NCBI GenBank assembly: GCA_049516875.1
Contig: JBEKSS010000017.1
Location: 1 to 11,143, forward strand
Length of the DNA stretch: 11,143 nt
Origin: Candidatus Bathyarchaeia archaeon
GTDB lineage: Archaea; Thermoproteota; Bathyarchaeia; Bathyarchaeales; Bathycorpusculaceae
Direction of reading: 5' to 3'
The position numbers were made by a program, and so were the translations under genes. Of this stretch, positions 6,745 to 11,143 are shown piece after piece; positions within the stretch are counted from its first letter, which is position 1, and every line of letters begins with the position of its first letter. The notes under the pieces were generated by a model. The model saw nothing but the letters and a program-made list of their open reading frames with translations, made no database searches and was not told the origin of the DNA.

Positions 6745-9045
6745 ATGTTCGAATCCACGGTTGAGCTTCAAACAGGAGCTATAATCGGCCTAGGTCAAAA
6801 AGCGAAGCCGATTAGAGTTTTGCACGTTGATGATGATGCTGGTCTTCTCAAGTTGGCAAAGCACGCGTTACAGACGAAAGGATCATTTCATGTTGAAACC
6901 GCATTATCCGTCAAAGAAGCTTTTGAGATGATGAGGGAAGAAAAATTCGACGTCATAGTTTCTGACTATTTGATGCCAGATAAGGACGGCTTAGCTTTTC
7001 TGAAAGAGCTCAGAGAAAACGGAGAGAACATTCCGTTCATTATTTTCACTGGGAAAGGCAGGGAGGAAGTTGCCAAAGAAGCGTTGAACCTGGGTGCAGA
7101 TCAGTATCTGAACAAGACGGGTGACCCAGAAATAGTCTACTGCGAGCTAGCCCATAGCATAACGAAAGCCGTTAAGATAAGAGAAGCAGAAGAAGCTTTG
7201 CGTGACAGCGAAGAGAAGTTTCGAGCAATAAGCGAGTCTGCAGGTGATGCAACAATCTCCATTGATACTCAAGGAAGGATAGTCTTCTGGAACAGAGTGG
7301 CTGAAACCATTTTCGGCTATTCAGCCAATGAAATGATTGGCAAACCAATGACATTGATTATGCCTGAACGGTTCAGAGACAATCACCAAAGAAAAACGGC
7401 TGGATGGCTTTCATCGGAACCGCCAGCCTCTGGCAGGACGTTCGAAATAGTTGGATTAAAAAAAGACGGGAACGAGTTCCCATTAGAAGCATCCTTTTCA
7501 ACCTGGAAAATAAAAGGCGAGAATTTTCTGACGATTGTCACTCGTGACATTACTAGACAAAAACAGGCTTGGGAAGCCCTGAAGCGAGCGGAGGAGGAAG
7601 CGAAAGGCACTCTTTCTCTGCTCATTGCCACGCTTGATTCTACAGCCGACGGCATTCTAGTAGTAAACACGGAGGGAAAGATAGCGATCTTGAACCGAAG
7701 GTTCGCGGAAATGTGGCGTATTCCAGACGACATTGTGGTCACACGAGACAATACCCAAGCGCTGGCATTCGTCGCAGATCAGCTCAAAGACCCTGAAAAG
7801 TTTCTGGCAAAAGTCAGAGAACTTAACGGCCAGCCGGATGCAGAGAGCTACGACTTGCTGGAATTCAAAGACGGAAGAGTTTTCCAACGGTATTCTCGTC
7901 CTCAAAGAGTGGGAGGAACAGTTGTTGGAAGGGTGTGGAGCTATCGAGACGTTACTGAAGACAAGAAGGCTGAGAGAGAAATTCGGGAGAATAAGCAGAA
8001 GTTCGAAGGACTGTTCATGGGGAATCCGGAAGCGGCCGCTTATTTGTCCCCAGACTTTCACATATTGGATATGAATCCGCGCTTCTTCGAACTTTTCGGA
8101 TACCGATTGGAAGAAATCAAAGACAAACACATCAACGAGGTTGTGGTGCCACATGAGGGGATAGCAGAAGGACAAATGCTGGACCGAAAGGCAGAGAAAG
8201 GCTACGTGTATTTTGACACTGTTAGAAAGAGGAAAGACGGCTCACTCATTCTTGTGTCAGTATCAGCCGCGCCCATCAGCGTTGAAGACAAGCTGGTAGG
8301 TTACGTGGCGATGTATAAGGACATTTCCGAATTGAAGAGAACAGAGGCAGCCATGAAGGAAATGATGCAAAAGTTGGCGACGATGAACGAGAAACTGCGG
8401 GTCGTTGGCAGTCTGACTCGGCATGACGTACGGAACAAGCTGTCTGTGGTCACAGGAAACGTTTTCCTAGCCAAGAAAAGGCTGCCTGATAATCCTGAAG
8501 TCTTAGACTACCTTCACGACATTGGTTCTGCCTGTCAACAAGCACTTGAAATCTTTGATTTTGCGCGCAACTATGAGATGCTAGGCGATGAGGAACTCAA
8601 GAATGTGGATGTGGCTGAAACTATCGAAAAGGCGGCCTCGCTGTTCTCGGATTTAAAGGACGTAAAGGTGTCGAACGAGTGTCGAGGGCTAAAGGTTTTG
8701 GCAGATTCGCTGTTGATACGACTCTTCTACAATCTGATGGACAACTCATTGAAGTATGGTGAAAAAATTACTCAGATCAGAGTGCATTATGAGAAGTCTG
8801 GTGAAGGACAGCTGAAACTCGTTTATCAGGATGACGGCAACGGCATATTCGTGGCTGAAAAACCGAACCTGTTCAAAGAAGGGTACGGAAAAGGCACTGG
8901 CTATGGACTTTATTTGATTAAAAAAATGATGGAAGTCTACGGTTGGACGATACGAGAAACTGGTGAACCTGGCAGAGGAGCTCAGTTCACTATTACAGTG
9001 CCTAGGAGAAACCAAAACGGAAAAGAAAACTATCAAATCGACTGA
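6745..9045 (+). CDS. Cytoplasmic hybrid sensor histidine kinase, REC-PAS-PAS-PAS-HisKA-HATPase (track start 6676; ATG at 6745 preferred)
   Basis: REC domain (VDDD, DYLMP, FTGKG, YLNK) and three PAS repeats (WNRVAETIFGY, LNRRFAEMW, MNPRFFELFGY). Kinase boxes: H RHDVRNKL, N NLMDNSLKYG, G1 DDGNGI, G2 GTGYGL. No transmembrane segment seen. Confidence 0.95.
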   Translation: MFESTVELQTGAIIGLGQKAKPIRVLHVDDDAGLLKLAKHALQTKGSFHVETALSVKEAFEMMREEKFDVIVSDYLMPDKDGLAFLKELRENGENIPFIIFTGKGREEVAKEALNLGADQYLNKTGDPEIVYCELAHSITKAVKIREAEEALRDSEEKFRAISESAGDATISIDTQGRIVFWNRVAETIFGYSANEMIGKPMTLIMPERFRDNHQRKTAGWLSSEPPASGRTFEIVGLKKDGNEFPLEASFSTWKIKGENFLTIVTRDITRQKQAWEALKRAEEEAKGTLSLLIATLDSTADGILVVNTEGKIAILNRRFAEMWRIPDDIVVTRDNTQALAFVADQLKDPEKFLAKVRELNGQPDAESYDLLEFKDGRVFQRYSRPQRVGGTVVGRVWSYRDVTEDKKAEREIRENKQKFEGLFMGNPEAAAYLSPDFHILDMNPRFFELFGYRLEEIKDKHINEVVVPHEGIAEGQMLDRKAEKGYVYFDTVRKRKDGSLILVSVSAAPISVEDKLVGYVAMYKDISELKRTEAAMKEMMQKLATMNEKLRVVGSLTRHDVRNKLSVVTGNVFLAKKRLPDNPEVLDYLHDIGSACQQALEIFDFARNYEMLGDEELKNVDVAETIEKAASLFSDLKDVKVSNECRGLKVLADSLLIRLFYNLMDNSLKYGEKITQIRVHYEKSGEGQLKLVYQDDGNGIFVAEKPNLFKEGYGKGTGYGLYLIKKMMEVYGWTIRETGEPGRGAQFTITVPRRNQNGKENYQID

Positions 9046-9174
9046 CGCTTCCAGAACAATCCATCAGCCCCCAAGACGTGTTTCATTTTTAATCGACAAC
9101 TGAGTGGGATCTTAATAGTGCATGTTGATTTCTGAGCATTAGCTTTGTGTATTGTTGTTGTACATGTAAACAGA

Positions 9175-9191
9175 AATATTTATTAAATATT
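9175..9191 (+). promoter_or_regulatory. Perfect 8-1-8 palindrome overlapping a TATA-like element
   Basis: AATATTTA-T-TAAATATT, ending 45 nt upstream of the metal-finger gene. A TACATGTA palindrome lies at 9161-9168. Confidence 0.5.
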
Positions 9192-9235
9192 AAGATTAAA
9201 GATGTCTATCAGAGAACAGCGTAGCGGGATTAGCT

Positions 9236-9580
9236 TTGTTGCCTTTCCATATTCACCACGGTGCTGAGAAACTGAGGTGCCCGTACGACGGGTGTGGGAA
9301 GAAGTTTGAGAGACCGACTATTCTGACAGATTCGTCCACGATGCCGAGGCAGACGTTTTATGCCTGTCCTTATTGTATGTCGAAGATTGATATCAAAACT
9401 GAGAACTTGAAGGTTGTTGGCATAAAGGCGATGGAGTATGGCAAGGTCTTTGATTCCCCCGCAAAGTGTGCGCACTACTCCAGCTTCTTGAACGCCATGT
9501 CAAGAGACATAGCCATCCCTGACGATTGTCTGGTGTGTCCAAAAATTCTACAGTGCGGAATAAAAAAACGGATGGGCTAA
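9236..9580 (+). CDS. Hypothetical double metal-finger protein, 114 aa
   Basis: C15-x4-C20...C44-x2-C47 and C78-x-H80...C98-x2-C101-x5-C107. Confidence 0.85.
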   Translation: MLPFHIHHGAEKLRCPYDGCGKKFERPTILTDSSTMPRQTFYACPYCMSKIDIKTENLKVVGIKAMEYGKVFDSPAKCAHYSSFLNAMSRDIAIPDDCLVCPKILQCGIKKRMG

Positions 9581-9932
9581 TAGGCAATAGTATTGACTGC
9601 ACGCAAGACTGCAACATTCTCAACAGAGCCCCATCATGCCGATACAGATCATTTCTTGACAAGCAATCACAATGGATACGACAAAACGGATCGAGGGGCG
9701 TTCATCGGATTTCCCGTCCTGCCCCAAGACGCGCAAACTGTAATTCTTAACGCGCTCTATTTCTAGTACCTGCCACCGAGGTCAGGATCTTCCATTCTTA
9801 TACTTCTCATCTTGTTGTGATTGATGGTCAAGGTTATCTTTTGCCTGCATTGGTCGACTCGGAAAGGGGGCGTTTGGAGAAGATTATATTACGCGAACTG
9901 CAAATAAGTAGAGACAGGGAAAGAGTTGTTGA

Positions 9933-10322
9933 TTGGGGCTGAAAGATTTGAGTTGCCCCTTATGTAATCTGGACTTGGAAAAAGAGAAGAAATACTACGA
10001 AGACAGGTCGTTTATCGTCTTAAGAACCAAGACTGAAAAGGGACACAGAGAACGAATCATGATAGTTTTCAGAAGACATGAGCACACAGTGCCTCAGAGA
10101 GCATTTGAGCATGCTTTGGACACGCTTACTAAGATTGGAAGACAGGTTTTCAGTTACACCCCCAAATTTGTGATTATGGACACCACGTTTGCTACAATAA
10201 ACGATCATTGGCATTTGGTTGCCACTGATCTTGACCCTAAGAGTGAAGACTTCAATCAGATTCTGTCCACCAGATGGATTAAAGTCGTAGACAACACGAT
10301 GATAGATGAAAATGAAATCTGA
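9933..10322 (+). CDS. HIT-like protein with an incomplete histidine triad, 129 aa
   Basis: N-terminal CPLC, then YYED-x-x-F, G-H...MIVFRRH and TINDHWHLV, following the HIT layout. A TATA-like TTATATTA lies at ~9884-9891. Confidence 0.75.
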   Translation: MGLKDLSCPLCNLDLEKEKKYYEDRSFIVLRTKTEKGHRERIMIVFRRHEHTVPQRAFEHALDTLTKIGRQVFSYTPKFVIMDTTFATINDHWHLVATDLDPKSEDFNQILSTRWIKVVDNTMIDENEI

Positions 10323-10364
10323 GTTCCCAAGCGCACACTATTTGGAAACCAAAGACTGCTTTTC

Positions 10365-10559
10365 TTATTTGACACCAGATTTCATCATGTAGAATCCAAT
10401 GACTGAGAAGACTAAACATCCGAAAGCCCAAGGTGTTACGTAACTCCAACTAGACGGATAGACAGCAATATATCAAAGAGTGGTGAACAAACCGAAAACT
10501 GTGAAGCCGACTATAAACAGCCCCGCCCAGAAAATCTGAGTCCTTTCACCTTCAAACAT
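10365..10559 (-). pseudogene. Small two-TM membrane protein (64 codons) with one internal TGA; absent from the ORF track
   Basis: MFEGERTQIFWAGLFIVGFTVFGLFTTL*YIAVYPSSWSYVTPWAFGCLVFSVIGFYMMKSGVK*. The TGA is at 10473-10475. There are two hydrophobic helices and a basic C-terminus. Confidence 0.7.
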
Positions 10560-10712
10560 AAATCATCATACTCAAACTCACTGGAAGAAGTATATCAAAT
10601 TATCGTCAAAATGCAATTTCATAGTGAAAGGTTCGGTCAAGCGCGCTCTGAGTCTATTAAGGTTTTTATGATTGATGCAACATCATGGTTAGAGACTTGG
10701 ACTCCAGCAGAA

Positions 10713-10787
10713 GGGGCTGTCGGCTAGTTTGGTCTAGGCTTGGAGACTTGGGCTCTCTAGACCCCGGTTCAAATCCGGGCAGCCCCA
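10713..10787 (+). tRNA. tRNA-Pro (anticodon TGG), CCA not encoded (followed by TCA)
   Basis: Acceptor GGGGCTG/CAGCCCC, anticodon arm GGAGA-CTTGGGC-TCTCT (TGG at 10749-10751), T arm CCCGG-TTCAAAT-CCGGG, discriminator A. Confidence 0.95.
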
Positions 10788-10864
10788 TCACAGGGCTTGA
10801 ACCCAATTGGGCGCGCGCGCTCAAGCTTGGAAAAGCGCTACCCGCAAACTGAAAGTGAGACTTC

Positions 10865-11005
10865 GTGGTATATCCGTACTGTGGAAGGGTTGTGGGTAAG
10901 CCTAGGTTTTTTGATAGGCCTGAATGCCGGAACTGTATTTTTAAGGGAGGCAGCTACTGCTGGACCCAATGTCCTTATAATATTTGGAAGAGAGAACCAT
11001 ATTAA
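10865..11005 (+). CDS. Small Cys-rich protein, 46 aa; absent from the ORF track
   Basis: GTG start after an RBS-like AAGTGAGA. Sequence MVYPYCGRVVGKPRFFDRPECRNCIFKGGSYCWTQCPYNIWKREPY*, containing CxxC-x7-CxxxCP. Confidence 0.65.
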   Translation: MVYPYCGRVVGKPRFFDRPECRNCIFKGGSYCWTQCPYNIWKREPY

Positions 11006-11071
11006 ATTACAACCGGCGCTCACAGAAAAAAGGGATGCGCGGGAAGCCTCTATACGCTGGCAACATAGGGC

Positions 11072-11080
11072 TTTTATAAA
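11072..11080 (+). promoter_or_regulatory. TATA box of the next gene
   Basis: TTTTATAAA about 42-50 nt upstream of the ATG at 11122. Confidence 0.55.
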
Positions 11081-11121
11081 GGGTATTTAAGCATCCGCCA
11101 CACTGTAAGAAGTGGTGTTTT

Positions 11122-11143
11122 ATGCCGAAGACTGAAGCCATAA
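11122..11143 (+). CDS. Start of a CDS truncated by the window end (MPKTEAI...)
   Basis: ATG preceded by an RBS-like GTGGTG and a TATA box. Too short to identify. Confidence 0.5.

Noticed and set aside
9671-9860. Stop-interrupted hydrophobic frame (AFIGFPVLP...ILILLILL*LMV) faintly like the PssA C-terminus
   Set aside because: It has several stops and lacks the RLARFN or CDP-alcohol phosphotransferase motif, so it cannot be supported without a search.
6095-10787. Genomic island integrated between tRNA-Thr and tRNA-Pro
   Set aside because: No integrase and no duplicated tRNA 3' end (att site) were found.
10797-11090. 97-aa plus-strand ORF and 61-aa minus-strand ORF (10838..11023)
   Set aside because: Neither has motifs. 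The plus ORF starts in the tRNA trailer and runs over the next TATA box, and the Cys-rich frame 10865..11005 explains the region better.

Overview
Archaeal chromosomal region, probably TACK and most likely Bathyarchaeia; the taxon is inferred from 23S sequence style and protein families, not from a search. It holds the 5' ~2.65 kb of a minus-strand 23S rRNA gene with no 16S gene upstream, and three intron-less tRNAs: Thr-TGT (with an A7:C66 acceptor-stem mismatch), Thr-CGT and Pro-TGG. Recognisable genes are trmY, thiL and a REC-PAS3-histidine kinase. Smaller proteins include a double metal-finger protein, a divergent HIT-like protein and a 46-aa Cys-rich ORF missing from the ORF track. Three genes carry one in-frame stop and then continue in frame: an internally deleted MFS remnant, a CheY-like receiver (TAG at a Lys position) and a 64-codon membrane protein missing from the ORF track. 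No integrase, CRISPR array or intact mobile element is visible.
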